Source: Lytechinus pictus (lineage: Eukaryota). From it: a DNA stretch of 64,000 nucleotides. Below, piece by piece: positions 40,001 through 50,363 of this stretch. The notes below the pieces were generated by a model that worked only from the letters and a program-made list of their open reading frames with translations, made no database searches and was not told the DNA's origin. The translations under genes and the position numbers were made by a program. The DNA is taken from contig NC_087252.1 of the NCBI RefSeq assembly GCF_037042905.1, positions 24,244,001 to 24,308,000 of the forward strand, in the 5' to 3' direction. Each line of letters starts with the position of its first letter. Position 1 is the first letter of the stretch.

Positions 40001-43000
40001 TCCTCTCTAAATTTCCTAATAAATGGTACCTATTTCATGAAAATTGGTCAACACGTTACGACGCAGTGGCCATTGAAAGTTGAGGGTCACGCCCATTTTT
40101 GTCAAAACAAGGAGAAAAGGGCGGGCCGTAGCGCGAGAACCGACGGACCAATTGGACAATTTTTTTTTGTTTTGTGCGTGGGCCATGGTGAATTTTATGT
40201 GTACCAATTTACAACGAATTCCGAGAGGGTCGGGTGCAAAATTGCACATTCATTGGGTGAATTGGCATGGAATGACCCTTAAGGGTTTAAGTTAGTCATT
40301 CCAATTATGTGTGGAATTTCTAGGAGAGCAATTGTCGCCGGAGCAAACATCATGGGACCCTAAAACTAAGCAATACGTCTGATACAGCAACACTAATAAC
40401 AAAGGGTGCAAACATCTTGCTCTTCATGTTGTTTTCTCTTGCATTAAATCAGAGTCGCTGAACACTTGTAGCCCAACAGCAAAGATATAGCTAAAGCCTC
40501 GACCTAATACAGACTACTAGAACCTCTGAAAGTATTTATGCAAATAATTACACATTTCCAGTTTTATAAAGACAAATTACATTAGGAGAACAAGGAAATA
40601 AGAAAATACTTCCAACCCATAGTCCCATACCTTGAAGTCTGTGAGGTTCTATGACGACCCTAGCACCTCCTCGCATCCCACCGCGACCACCTGTAGTAAA
40701 AGAAATTCCATGGCCCAGAAATTACTTCCCCTTGCACTAAATGGTATCTTCAATAATTTTGCCAAAAAATATTACCAATAAAATATATTTCAAATCAAAT
40801 TTTATTCATTTTAAACAGCAAAAAACAACAACATATAACACAGTCATTTTAATGAAATACAACACAAATAATAATGGGAAAAAACATACAACAGAAAATG
40901 GAGCATATGGAGGGAGATAACAAAAGCAAAAAATATTATCACCTAAGTTATCCCCTTAATAATCAAAATATAAGCTCATAACAGGCGACCAGGAGTTCAA
41001 TACAATATTGTTAATAAAATATGCAGATTGAAAAGGTAACTAAACGATAGCAAGGTAATATTCTCCTGATTCATTCATGTAAAATATATATCATGAAATA
41101 ATAAGTTTGATAAAAAAATCTTCTCTTTTTCATGAAGTTGGACCTCCACAATAGGGAGTTTACGCTTCCACTACGAAATATGCCTTTGGGAGCATTGAGA
41201 ATGTATTGTCAAGTGCCCTTCATAACGAAACAGTCTTTGTCGAGAGTTATAGTGAATCAGAGCAGCAGATATGTCCATGACTCTCGACAAACAACATATT
41301 TGTAATTTTTTGTCAGCTCAGAAACTTTAGACAAAACCGCTGTTCTGGGCCCCATCTTACGAAGAGTAACTCTATGGAAATCCATCAGTGTCATAATTTT
41401 TTCTACAGGAAATTTGCACAATGTCCTTTGTAAACAAAGAGAAGCACAGTGAATTTCCAAGAAAACAATGAATGCATGAATATACATCATAGTTAGAAAA
41501 TATTTTGAACAAACATGCTTTAAAGATGTTGACGTTGCTGGCTTTCCATATTTGTGATTGATCGTATCAATCGCAACTCTTTGTAAGATGGGGTCCTGGT
41601 TCACCCATTTTCCTTCATTTGACTGGTATTTTCACTGCATTCGCTGTGTTCTAGAGCCCATCCCCTATGCAGTTGCAAAAACTACCTCCTGACCCAGATT
41701 GACCTACCTCTTCCTCCCCTACCCCGCGGGCCACCTCGCCCTCTTGGTCCACCTCGACCACCAAATCCTGAAAAGGTTATTAGAAAAGAAAAGAGAGAAA
41801 TCGGTTAGGATTTAGAAGTGGATGTAGTGAGTGAACAAGAAACAATGACAATAAGACAAGAGTTTTAAGACACAGCTTTGCGATAAATGACAATTGATTT
41901 TTGTGATTGAATGTACATTGTGTCCAATGTAATCAATCAGGAAATTTTGCTCTTTGCTGTTACCATATCCATTGATGTAATATATTTGTTTTAATGCATG
42001 AAAATGATAAATGAAAACAAAAATGTTTTTGCCAATTTGAGGAGCGGAAAATCAGATTTCCGGTAACTTTGACCTTCTGAAAGCTGTCTTCTTCTATATA
42101 GAATACACGAGTCTACATGTAGATCTGTACTGACCGCAGAGAAACGTTGTTCGTGCTAACAGAGGCCCTGTTACAATCACTATTAAATGTCACAACGATA
42201 CCTTATGTTACAACAGGTTATTTACATCTTAGATCAACTATTGACAGCACAATCCGAAAGATGTGACATAATGTGACTGGTCTTACTGTTGGCACTCTGT
42301 TAGGCTAACAATGTTTCTGTGTGGCCTGTACTGGACGTTAGTAGATGAGTTTAGGTTTTTCCAGGTAATTAACTACTAATGACCAAGCCTTATCCCTGAA
42401 GAGTCAACTTCTTTGTGGTGTCTATGCTACCAACACACGTCTCACCAAGATTGGAAGGCGTCATGATAGCACATGCTATTGCAATATCAAGGATGAGACT
42501 GTAACCCACCTTATAGGAGAATGCACCCTCTATACGGATGAAAGGAAAAGGTTCCTCACCAACCTTCCTCCCTACCTCCAACATGATCTTGCCATAACTC
42601 CTGTGTCACAAGTCGCAGCAGCTGTTACGAATGTTGTACTTCTTGGATTGGACACTAATGGAACTAGTATATCTGCTGCCTCAGCCCCCCAACTTCATTA
42701 CTACTCTCTTCATTTCTTGCATGAGCTTCATGTTAAACGTTCTCTGTTGGTGAACAACAACTAGACAGTCTGGTGATACACTTTATTCCAATCTCCTCCT
42801 GAGCCTTGCTCTTTTGTTTCTATATGTATTTATCAAACCACTTTTTCTGCGTATCCACTGGATCTCGCAGTTCTCCAGGACTGGAGGAAATCAACAGAAG
42901 AAGAAGAAGAAGACCAGATCTAGACTACATGTAAGTTCACACCTGGCTCAGGTTATTAACAATATTCTCAACAGGATACTTCAGTTCAAAGTGAAGAAAT

Positions 43001-45694
43001 TGTTTTGTTCATCATTGCCAGGAGAAAAGAACTGTGATGCAGTAAAAAAATAAAAATAAAAACAAATAAAACTACACCCAAAACAGAACAAAGTTGGTTT
43101 TCAAAGTGGGTTGAAAATATTCACCTCCTCTGCCGCCACCTCCTCCACCGAATCCCCCTCGTCCTCCACCGAATCCCCCTCGTCCTCCGCCAAAGCCCCC
43201 TCGGCCGCGCCCTCCTCGATCTCCTCCACCTCCCCGGAAGCTGCCTCGTGGTGAGAATCCTGTCAAAGTAAAGGTATCAATAGATTAAAGCCAATACGAA
43301 CCACTATCCTCATATAGCAGCACCACCTCAAGTCATCAACTATTCGAATCTGGCCAAGATTCCTAGCCCACAATGCGACACTCTGGGGGGCGGCTGGCCA
43401 CTTACATCGAAGAGTGGATACCATGCGCGACCAAAGACACATGTAAAAAGGATGACTTTTTCAAGATAGGGCACGTTAGGTACGTAACGTAATAAGGGTG
43501 TCAAAAACATAAAAAAATGAAAAAAGGTTATCTATTTCGCTAGGAAACCTACGTGTTTAGGGTCAAATTTGGGAGGGCCACTCGTCAATGGAAGTGCCTC
43601 CCCCGGGGGACTGTGACATTTGCAAGCAATTAGTGGTAGGGAAATGAAGTTGAAGTTTGCCAGTGTAAAACTGATGGGCGCTAATGCAGTTTTGCACCGG
43701 CCGACTTCAAAATTCCCCACCAGAAATTGTTCACAAATGTCAAAGCAAGTCCCTCAAACACATTTCAAGTTCAATATTAGGGTGTCTGAAGCCATACTGA
43801 AAAGTGTCAGCATAAAACAGGCTGATTTAGGGGAAAATATGGCACATATTTTGGGGGAAGTTCAGGCTACAAGAAAAATGTGATCTGAATTGATTATTAA
43901 CTTGTGTTTGGCATGTATGGAAAGAGAAAAGGGGCTTCTTTTGACAGTAAGGACAAGTTTATATGATCATTTTAAATAAGGATTTAGAGATAAATTGCAA
44001 ACCCTTATTTTTGTGTGTGTTGAGATTGCCATTTCTCCATGCGTTTTCTATGGGAAAATGAAATTTCTGTTTTGCACAATTTTTTTCACTTTGTCGCAAT
44101 TTTTCATTGTGATCTGGTTTCCAAATCTTTATAAAAATCATACCATCAGATAGAGCATAAAAAATCCTATTGGACTCTTTATGGACAAGTTTTTGGCATT
44201 AATAATAAATTTATAACAGCTCTCGGAAGCTAAAAATTTGGATTTGTGTGTGTCCATTTCTTAACTACACAGTCTATGGCAGAGAAATGCTGAAAATTGA
44301 CCTAATTTCTTTCTTCTTTTTTTGCAGCCAATAATTGGATTTTTTTCAAAAATGTTACATTTCTGTCAGTCTGAAGGTAATTTCTCTTCAAATTCACAAA
44401 GAAAATGTGATATTTTCTTGAAATAAGAAAAATAATTTTTTTCTCCAGACACCCTATCAATATGCCCACCGCTTTTACAGATGTGGCGACATTATCGTTC
44501 AAATTCTCGGTCAAACATCGCTTCGCTCGGCTTTGCGGCAATTTACTGAAGTTAGTGACCAAATCATGTGAACTTCCGCAGGACTTAAGTTAGTGACCAA
44601 ATCATGCAAACTTGCGCAGGCGAATCTTTTGGTCGCAAACTTCAGTCTATATAAAAATTACGGCAAAGAAAGCGATGTCTGACTTAGACCAAAAGCTTCG
44701 GTCTCTGTTTTATCGGTTGTTCCGCTGAACTCCGTTGGCTCCACTCACCAATTACAGAGACCGAAGTTTCTTACTCGATCTGTACAGGGACTCAATGGCC
44801 ATATGTTTATGTATTAAGTTTGGATAAACCAGGGAAGTAGGAGTTGAGCGACAGCCGAGTCAGTCACTGTTTTTTCCCCTTTTAAGTTTATTTTTCCCAT
44901 TTTGGTGCATTACAGGCCAAAATGGAATAATAATCTTTATTTTGGCCCAGATCTTTTTATAATATATTTTTATGAAATAAAGATGAGCTCCATCAGGGGG
45001 ATTTTGCATTGTTTACCTCCTAATGGCGGCTGCACGATCGCAAGCCGTCTGTGTACGAGAAGAAAGTAAAAAAAAATTTAAAATGTTAAAAAACTCCTCG
45101 AAACAGACGGCTGCCAGCTATGACTATGTCTGACTGAGAGTGAGAGTGAGAATTCAAAAGATAACGAGATCGGGGCGAAATACAGCCGTTCCCGATTGCG
45201 ATATTTGGAAAGGCAGTGGGCATTTTGTTTATTGACCTCAAAATATGACTGAGAGACTTGCCATGACATACGGCGTAGGCCTAATTTCTGGTGGGGAAAT
45301 TAGTTAAAGTTGAACTTGAAGTCGGCCGGTGCGAAACTGCATTAGCACCGCGCCGATTTTGCCCTTTTAAGAAGTAATATGGACTTGTAAATTATACGCA
45401 ATTCTTATTATGTTCAAGGTGTTGAGGATTATATGATGTATTACTTATGACAAATAAAATAGCTTTCTAAATTATTGTTGTTGTCTTAACTATTTTAGAA
45501 TTACGGTGCTAACAGAAATTTCAACAGATGGGACTGATGTCAAGCAATATCACTTCACAACATGTTGGCAAATTAACTTATTTTCTGCCTTTCAAAAGTC
45601 TACATGAATAAAATTAATTCTACACGAAGCTTTATTGTGCTTCTTCATGAGAAGGAAGAAATAATGATCAGTGATATTTACCTGGTCTGCCCAT
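31034..45694 (-). CDS. FBL: Fibrillarin (rRNA 2'-O-methyltransferase), 10 coding exons, 315 aa
   Basis: Join of 45682-45694, 43125-43259, 41708-41767, 40631-40690, 36485-36579, 35377-35547, 34902-35034, 34384-34496, 31820-31965 and 31034-31055 gives 948 nt in one frame with GT-AG introns. The protein has an N-terminal RGG/GAR domain, then [63 protein letters not shown] and [13 protein letters not shown]. Confidence 0.98.
31171..31397. mobile_element. Harbinger-type MITE in FBL intron 9, nested in another MITE (~31151-31518)
   Basis: TTA|AGGCCCTGCCACATCGT...ACGATGTGACAGGGCCT|TCA. Confidence 0.75.
31820..31965 (-). CDS. FBL: Fibrillarin exon 9
   Basis: Encodes [48 protein letters not shown]. 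Confidence 0.97.
32049..32535 (-). mobile_element. L2/CR1-group LINE 3' fragment in FBL intron 8
   Basis: [26 protein letters not shown]...[15 protein letters not shown]...[10 protein letters not shown], followed by a (TTA)n tail. Confidence 0.85.
34384..34496 (-). CDS. FBL: Fibrillarin exon 8
   Basis: Encodes [37 protein letters not shown]. Confidence 0.97.
34902..35034 (-). CDS. FBL: Fibrillarin exon 7
   Basis: Encodes [44 protein letters not shown]. Confidence 0.97.
35150..35362. repeat. (CAT/CAC)n microsatellite in FBL intron 6
   Basis: Direct reading. Confidence 0.95.
35377..35547 (-). CDS. FBL: Fibrillarin exon 6
   Basis: Encodes [25 protein letters not shown]...[19 protein letters not shown]. 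Confidence 0.97.
35992..36345. mobile_element. Harbinger-type MITE in FBL intron 5
   Basis: GGCCCCATTTACAC...GTGTAAATGGGGTC. Confidence 0.6.
36485..36579 (-). CDS. FBL: Fibrillarin exon 5
   Basis: Encodes [35 protein letters not shown] boundaries. Confidence 0.97.
37163..37240 (-). ncRNA. SNORD37: Box C/D snoRNA, SNORD37/U37-like (copy B, FBL intron 4)
   Basis: Minus strand reads GGCG ATGATGA ACAAAAAC AATTTCTTCACTTTGA T CCGA AGTCAAGT TGTTGA ... CTGA GCC. Same guide as copy A; flanking imperfect stem GTTATTGGC/GCCGTAAC. Confidence 0.87.
37681..40278. mobile_element. Long foldback non-autonomous element with TTAA TSD (Kolobok-type GG termini) in FBL intron 4
   Basis: TTAA|GGGTCATTCCA...TGGAATGACCC|TTAA; ~700-bp inverted arms centred near 38400. 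Confidence 0.85.
38654..39790. mobile_element. Non-autonomous DNA transposon with 6-bp TSD nested in the foldback element
   Basis: TIRs CAGAGCTGCCAA / TTGGAAGCTCTG; TGGTAT duplicated at 38648-38653 and 39791-39796, while the opposite foldback arm has a single copy. Confidence 0.85.
40631..40690 (-). CDS. FBL: Fibrillarin exon 4
   Basis: tacAG|GTGGTCGC...CTTCAAG|GTATGG; encodes [19 protein letters not shown]. Confidence 0.95.
41708..41767 (-). CDS. FBL: Fibrillarin exon 3 (GAR, 60 nt)
   Basis: ttttcAG|GATTTGGT...GGAAGAG|GTAGGT; encodes [19 protein letters not shown]. Confidence 0.93.
42369..42913 (+). mobile_element. 5'-truncated non-LTR retrotransposon (C-terminal CCHC knuckle, (GAA)n tail), antisense in FBL intron 2
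   Basis: Open frame to the stop at 42762-42764: [19 protein letters not shown]...[18 protein letters not shown]...R; ends in GAA repeats at ~42895-42913. Confidence 0.75.
42942..43022 (-). ncRNA. SNORD37: Box C/D snoRNA, SNORD37/U37-like (copy A, FBL intron 2)
   Basis: Minus strand reads CCTGGC A ATGATGA (C) ACAAAAC AATTTCTTCACTTTGA A CTGA (D') AGTATCC TGTTGA (C') ... CTGA (D) GCCAGG. It has a 6-bp terminal stem and a guide complementary to conserved 28S UCAAAGUGAAGAAAUU. Confidence 0.9.
43125..43259 (-). CDS. FBL: Fibrillarin exon 2 (GAR domain)
   Basis: tttgacAG|GATTCTCACCACGA...AGAGGAG|GTGAAT; encodes [18 protein letters not shown]... Confidence 0.95.
43681..45346. repeat. Inverted-repeat-bounded element in FBL intron 1
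   Basis: CTAATGCAGTTTTGCACCGGCCGACTTCAA..TTCCCCACCAGAAATT (43681-43728) recurs inverted at ~45282-45346. Confidence 0.55.
43778..44456. mobile_element. Non-autonomous hAT-like element with 7-bp TSD in FBL intron 1
   Basis: TIRs TAGGGTGTCTG / CAGACACCCTA; TCAATAT on both sides. Confidence 0.8.
45682..45694 (-). CDS. FBL: Fibrillarin exon 1 (MGRP-G)
   Basis: ATGGGCAGACCAG|GTAAAT; phase 1, matching exon 2. Confidence 0.85.
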
Positions 45695-45724
45695 ATTTGT
45701 CGTGTTTCTGACTTTCTGTTCGGT

Positions 45725-45830
45725 TCTCCACACGTGTTCGTCTGAAATCCAAGCAACTTACAACACGCGTGGACGCTGTTGCAATTATAACAGAAGAGGG
45801 AGGCAGACTAGTTGAGTTGAGAAAGCGAGC
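45725..45830 (-). promoter_or_regulatory. Fibrillarin promoter/5' UTR with pyrimidine-rich putative start and downstream E-boxes
   Basis: Minus-strand CCTCCCTCTTCTG at ~45791-45803; CACGTG at 45731-45736 in the context AACACGTGTG; CACGCG at 45764-45769. Confidence 0.5.
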
Positions 45831-45844
45831 CAGCATCGTGCACA

Positions 45845-45925
45845 CGGGTTGTGTGGTCTAGTTGTCAGAACATGAACTCACGATCGTAAGGTTATGAGTT
45901 CAAATCCCCGCTCTGCCATTGTCTC
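45845..45925 (+). repeat. tRNA-derived SINE head upstream of FBL
   Basis: TGGTCTAGTTG A box and GAGTTCAAATCCC B box. Confidence 0.55.
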
Positions 45926-45932
45926 CACTTTT

Positions 45933-46550
45933 CCCATTCCACAGAGGAGAGACCTTTGAAGGACATTTGAAAGACCAAAAATTGACTAGGTCTTACAGCA
46001 GACTCCAAGATCACTGAAATTTGTCATCTCTGTGGAATGCTCAAAGAACTTTGAAAGACTGATGGATATTTCTTGTCTTACTGGTCTTAGACTAGTCCTA
46101 TAGAGATCTTTCAATGGTCTTTCAGTTTCAGAGATATTTTATGCAACAAGTGATCTTTCAAAATTCTTATCATGGACTTTGCCTGGTCTTTCAATGAACT
46201 TGCAATGATCTCTCATGAGTCTTACAGTGATCTCCGCAAAAATCTTGAGAGACTGTCGAAAGAGCATGGAAAGACTTATATGAACTTTGAACGTTCATCG
46301 AAAGACCACTGAAGGACTGCTGAAAGACCATCAAAAGACCATTTTCCTGTAAGACCGCCGAAAGACTGTTTTGAACCGTTTTAAAAAGATACGGAGATCA
46401 TGGAGACCATAAGGACCACTGAAAGATCCATCAGGAATCGTGAAAGACCTCGGAGATCTTTGAAAGTTCACTGAAAGACCTTTGAAAGATCAAGCACTGT
46501 TTCATGGTCTTATAGCAGTCTTTCAGAGGTCTTGCTCTCTGTAGAATGGG
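45933..46550. mobile_element. Non-autonomous TIR element with many GAAAGACC-like subterminal repeats
   Basis: CCCATTCCACAGAG / CTCTGTAGAATGGG. Confidence 0.65.
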
Positions 46551-46580
46551 GGTTAAAAGAGCAATTTCTGTCGTTCTTAA

Positions 46581-47459
46581 AGGAAAATAAAACCTTTGGA
46601 ACAAGATAGCTTGTGTGAAAATAGAAAAATCAGCTAGAGAAACAGACCAATGAAAGTTTGAAAAAAAAAATCGGATGAATAATGAGAAAGTTATGAGCAT
46701 TTGAATATTGCGATCACTAATTCTCTGCATGGAGATCATCCCATTGTCAATGCGACAAAGATGTGTGATGTCGTGATGTCAATTTTGAAAAACTCTCTCA
46801 GTACTTTTGTACTGTACAGAAGCGGATCTAGAGGGGGGGTTGGGGGGGGGTTGCAACCCCCCCCAAAAAAAAATCCGGGGACCATTTTTTTAAATCTTAT
46901 CTTTTTTAGATGCAAGAAAACGTCATTTTCACACACAGATTTTCAAAAATTTTCCCTACTGTGGGAGGGGGGACACCCCCCTCCCCCCTCGCTCGCTCCG
47001 CTCGCTTGGACTCGGTCGCTACGCTCCGGCTCGCATACCACCCCAACCCCCCCCCCCTTTATAAAAAGCTGGATCCGCCACTGCTGTATAATATATTTCC
47101 TGTATATTTCACTTAAACTGCCTCTTTTATCACATGTATTCTTTCTATAGGAAGGAATGTAATACAAATTTTCAAAGAATACATTATGGATAAAGAGTTT
47201 GTATCACCATAAGAAAGAGCAAAAAGATACATTTTGGGGGTATTTTATAGTCCATCAAAGGGAAAGTTGTTCACATGTGACATCACACATCTTTGTCGCA
47301 TTGCCAATGGGAGGATCTCCATAGCATTAGTGATCGCAATATTGAAATGCTCATAACTTTCTCAGTATTTGTCCGATTTTTCTCAATTTTTCTTTGTTCT
47401 TATTCTTTGATTGTTCTGTTTCCACACAAGTTTACATGTTCCAAAGGTCTCATTCCCCT
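46581..47459. mobile_element. TTAA-flanked MITE related to 8547-9129, with a nested element at 46817-47083
   Basis: TTAA|AGGAAAATAAAACC...CATTCCCCT|TTAA; insert CAGAAGCGGATCT...GGATCCGCCACTG flanked by CTGTA. Confidence 0.8.
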
Positions 47460-48509
47460 TTAAGGTCAGCCACTGATCCTGACTTACTGAGATGTGAGAT
47501 ATTTCCTATATGTGAAAGAAACCGGAGCTTGGCGTTTGAACCCCCCTTTGAACGGTCCTGCCTCAGGGGCCTATACGGGGAATTATACCATCCGGTTCAC
47601 TGGCGGATCCAGGAGGCGCACAGCCGACCCGACGTGCCCTCCCCCCTTTTGAGAGGCACAATTAAAATATGTAATGTAAAATTGCCGTTAAAACAGAAGT
47701 GTGCCCCCTTTTTTTATACTTGTCAATTTTTTCGTGTTTAATTTTTGGTTGATAACCTTTTATTTATTTATTTAAAAACATTTTTGCTTGTTAATTTTTC
47801 CTCGGAAAAATGTGCCCCCTCTTTTGGAAAATTCTGGATACCCATCACCTGATCCGGTTAACGTAACTATGAATAAAGAAAATCCTTTGAGACCTCCACA
47901 TATTAGTAGGCCTACATGAGGGAAAAAGATGTCAATATATTTATAATACTACTTGGTAAAACAGAATGTATCGAGATCGATATTTAGATGACGCTCAAAA
48001 TATCAAAATGCAGAAATACCATCATGATATTTCGTTTTACTTCAGATATTGGTTTAAGATATTTTCAGTATTAGATAGTAAATAGAATATTATTTTTGAC
48101 TAAACAATTGTATAAGATTGCTGAAAACGAAAAAAATCATTGAGGAGTTTTAAGATATTGTACATTTTTATGAATGTAAAATTAGGAAGGAAACAGCAAA
48201 TTTGATAAATGAAGGTTCTCAGGTGCATGTCAAGTTGTCATTTTTTCAAGCAATTTGCTGGAAATGGCAATTCTTCTCCTGCAAATTGTAAATGTTAAAA
48301 TTCTTTGGTAATACATATTTGTTTAGAATGACATTATATTCATTCATTTTTTTCGTTACGATTCTTACCAAAATATGTTATGTAATAAAAAAATATATAC
48401 GAATTTTATAAATTCAGAATAAAACAACAAATCAAATCAAAGTAGAGTTTATTAATGTAATTTTTGGTTTCGACGTGAAAAAAAAGATGCATTATTGTTT
48501 GATATGCAT

Positions 48510-49110
48510 AATTAAACAGCATTTATTTCTACAAAAGTTAAATAGTTAAACAAAACTTTTTTTGAATATGTAAAGAAAAAAATTATTCAGTATCATGAAG
48601 GTAAGAAATGTAGGCCTTAATTATTTCTAGATTGATCTTACTTCAGTAATAATGATTAATATCAAACAACATTTATTTCAACAAAAGTTAAATAGTAAAT
48701 CAAATCTTTGTTTGAATGTGTAAAGAAAAGATTATTCAGTACCATTAAGGTAAGAAATATAGGCCTTAATTAGTTCCAGATTGATCTTATTTCATTCTTT
48801 ATCTATTGATAATAATTATTATTAAACAACATTTATTTCCTCAAAAGTTAAATAGTAAATCAAATCTTTGTTTGAATGTGTAAAGAAAATATTATTCAAT
48901 ATCATGAAGGTAAGAAATATAGGCCTTAATTAGATCTAGATTGATCTTACTTCATTCTTTATTTAATAATAATAATTTATATTAAACAAAATTTATTTCT
49001 ACAAAAGTTTTGTTTGAATATGTAAAGAAAAGGTTATTCAGCATCATTAAGATAAGAGATATATATAGGCCTTAATTAGTTCTAGATTGATCTTACTTCA
49101 TTCTTTATTT
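48510..49110. repeat. Tandem repeat, ~155-bp unit, 4 copies
   Basis: AAACAACATTTATTTC...AGGCCTTAATTA...AGATTGATCTTACTTCA-like unit recurs at ~48513, 48664, 48824 and 48984. Confidence 0.9.
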
Positions 49111-50363
49111 ACTTGAGAGAAATGTGAAGTGTTGTAATTTCACTTGTGTACATGTTATTTTTTTAATCATAAAGCCTTTGGAGGATTCAAAAATATATTA
49201 AAACAATTTTGACACATTTCTGGATTTTAGAGGGGGGGGGGGGGGCTAAGCAGGGAGGGGGTGTGAATCGAGGTTATTCTATTATTGTTCCTGTTACTTT
49301 TCTGTTTTTGTGTAACCAACTCAACATGATTTTGAACTGTAGCTGGCGCTATACCACTTTCGGAATTAGAGACAGTAAAATCGATAAGGGTTATTCATTT
49401 GATATATATTTGATAAATACATTGGCTATTGTAAATATACTATCATACTATAATATTTTATTTATTTGTTACTACGTAAATGAAATTATTATGTTATGAT
49501 GCAGATTTCAAAACAGTCAAACTCATTAATATAATGTTTCTAACCTGAGATGGCGCTATACACCGTCCGTCTTCCGACCCCCAATATTGTCTGCATTTTT
49601 ATTCCTCTTTCAAGAAGAAAAAAAAAAATTGAGAGTTCATAATTCTGACTTTGAAGTTCTTATATTGCTTTATTCAAAGATGATATTGACATTTTCTTCA
49701 TAATGCGAGCTGGAAGCAAGAGCTGAATTTTTCTTTTATTTATGGAAACGGATCATTTTCAGGCAGCTTTCGTCAATGGGGGATGGGCAGAAAAAAAAAT
49801 TAATCCACATTCCCGATCGGCTGAAAACAGCTGTTTTTTTTTTTTTTTTTTTTTTTTTTTGGGGGGGGGGGGCAGTCTTAATCTCTGAAGTTTGAAGTAT
49901 ATTATAATTCCATGTTTATTATATAAAATAAAAAAAAAGCTTCTCGTAAGACCTACAAACGCGAGCGCGAGCTTAATTTTTTGTTGTTAACATTTCACGT
50001 AACGCTTTTACATGAAAATTTAATATTCTAGGTAGTTATTTTGTCATTATGAACAAAATTTTACTAAATGTTTTGTCCGAGTTTGAATCGCGAGCAGAAC
50101 TTTTTAGTAAACTGACCTGAAAAGGGACCTAATAAGGACTGTTTGCAGTAACTCATGAAGAGGATACATATTTCACTAATTCCCCCAAAAAATGATGCGA
50201 GCGAGAAGAGCCTGCTGAAATTTTGTGATATTCCGACCTGAAAACTGGACATTTTAAGCACTTGCTGTAATGGGCAGTGGTATGTAACTAAGCACCTGAT
50301 GATGCGAGCTCAAAATTTTGATATTCCGACCCTCAAAAATTGACAGTTTAAGCACGTTTTTAA

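Noticed and set aside
37699..40282. Two near-identical ORFs beginning [15 protein letters not shown] on opposite strands
   Set aside because: They are the two arms of the foldback element, not duplicated genes
42128..42332. Long imperfect hairpin with apparent G-U pairs, suggesting a structured RNA or ribozyme
   Set aside because: The mismatches are CG-to-CA/TG changes expected from CpG decay of an old palindromic MITE, and no hammerhead or snoRNA core was found
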